Of a stretch of DNA of 64,000 bases, positions 63,301-64,000 are shown one piece after another. The position numbers and the translations under genes are program-made. The stretch lies in assembly GCF_037042905.1 (NCBI RefSeq), contig NC_087251.1, forward strand, positions 1,054,001 through 1,118,000. Direction: 5' to 3'. The DNA comes from Lytechinus pictus (Eukaryota). The notes beneath the pieces were generated by a model that had not been told where the DNA came from, did not search any database, and saw only the letters and a program-made list of their open reading frames with translations. Position 1 is the stretch's first letter. Each line of letters begins with the position of its first letter.

Positions 63301-63572
63301 TAAAATATTTATTAGAATTGGGGTCTGTTGTTGAGGGAATTTGGTTAATTAAAATCTCTTATGAATGGTTGAAAACCAAGATGTAATTGATTTTAGGAGT
63401 AGTGTTTAATTGCACACATTCTGCTATTTCTGCAATGCCTCCCTGGTTGTACATGAAGTTGAAATGAAACCAAGATAGGATTTAACCCAAGAGGTAATCA
63501 TCTATCTCACCCGTGATATAGCAGATATGTCACATCCTGCTTCCTGAAGTCGCTTGGATTCCTCATCAAGAA
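57398..63572 (-). CDS. Last two coding exons of an unidentified minus-strand gene (partial)
   Basis: Exon 63572-63511 (acceptor ttttttgttcacacag, LDEESKRLQEAGCDISAISR, donor gtgaga, ends phase 0) and terminal exon 57673-57398 (acceptor ttttctgtttttctcag, phase 0, DLPLLEDKASRL...DKPT*). Confidence 0.7.
58138..59452 (+). pseudogene. DIRS gag-like ORF1 (disrupted)
   Basis: ORFs 58346-58726 and 58757-59452 share a frame and are split by TAG. The Lys/Ser-rich 58138-58332 piece is offset at a G run (~58303-58314). Motifs PANC..L..PKVN..IW, D..LQ..Q, LFGEDL, HPY. Confidence 0.8.
59293..61430 (+). pseudogene. DIRS pol: reverse transcriptase, RNase H and DNA N6-adenine methyltransferase-like domain (disrupted)
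   Basis: VGGRL..F...W, DLRDAY, LPNGL.SAP, YLDD (RT); TDASGEGWGA, LE, DN (RNase H); DLFA, DAF, YAFPPF (MT). 1-nt frameshift at the A run ~59729-59735 and in-frame TAA at 60849-60851. Confidence 0.93.
61388..62335 (+). CDS. DIRS tyrosine recombinase (phage-integrase family), intact ORF
   Basis: Catalytic pattern SAQR...K...HSTR...GW...FY, plus CPV and LFIS motifs. Overlaps the end of pol. Confidence 0.93.
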   Translation: MLQGWRAHCDLQGLTKQTTYIIGASWRESTKKQYNIYINKWKKLCQEHNLPWMHARARDILEFFSDLFYRQNAGYSAINTARSALASVMVLADSSYTVGSHPLISKYMKGVFQLRTPMPRYANVWDISVVLNYLRQQAPNDKLSLCDLTKKLSILLAITSAQRVQTLSHLNMDKMCLKADSVVFHVDNLLKQSKPGKIGLVVNIAAFPQDEKVCPVHCTEQYINATKNIRNSKRQLFISYQRPHKKATSQTISRWIKMVMTSAGVNTDQYKAHSTRAASTSLARRMHFSMDDILKHVGWANEKTFQAFYNKPVED

Positions 63573-64000
63573 CTGTGTGAACAAAAAATCAGCACAAATT
63601 AGTTAACATAATCAAATATTGTACGCATATAATTTTTCAAATAATCCATGAGGGAGAAATATCTATATTATATATGGATAACTTATCTACTGAAAAACCT
63701 GAAAACCAATAAACTCTTGAATGACACGCTTGAGATTTCAAGCTTATAATCCCACCAACATATTAAAAAATGCCATAACAAGAAATAATCATTTGATTAA
63801 GATATTGTTTTCAAGCACTGGTTTTCTCTATCTTACAAAATTTTCCCATAGTTATTACAATTTGAGACATTTAGATTTGTTTGTTTATCCTACAATACCA
63901 CTTTGAAATAACAAAATTATATTTCAAATAGAAATCTGAAAAGTATACTGAAATGGCTGTTACTGATCATTAAAAAGAGACTGATAATCATTTACCAATG

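Overview
AT-rich eukaryotic (animal) genomic DNA with GT-AG introns and dense repeats. The gene and repeat content suggests an invertebrate deuterostome such as a sea urchin (inference). Three + strand spliced genes were reconstructed by hand: SLC30A6/ZnT6 (9 firm exons 16159-29820, plus a phase-compatible candidate first exon at 47-203), GALM/aldose 1-epimerase (7 exons, 39240-46461, 341 aa) and an unnamed Ser/Lys/Arg-rich 206-aa protein (50377-53779). The last two exons of an unidentified - strand gene are also present. That gene's last intron holds a structurally complete but mutated DIRS1-type tyrosine-recombinase retrotransposon (57788-62758: gag, RT-RNaseH-methyltransferase, YR, ITRs, ICR). 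The element shows an in-frame UUUUUUA slippery site and a phase-matched splice donor/acceptor pair that would fuse Gag to the recombinase; this is the main hypothesis here. Other highlights are a ~9.8-kb TA-flanked foldback-like element with perfect TIRs and inverted GGATAC satellite arrays, several nests of non-autonomous DNA transposons with 4-, 6-, 7- and 8-bp target duplications, and two Helentron/HINE-like elements carrying arrays of AGGTCA nuclear-receptor motifs. All calls come from reading the sequence; no database search was run.
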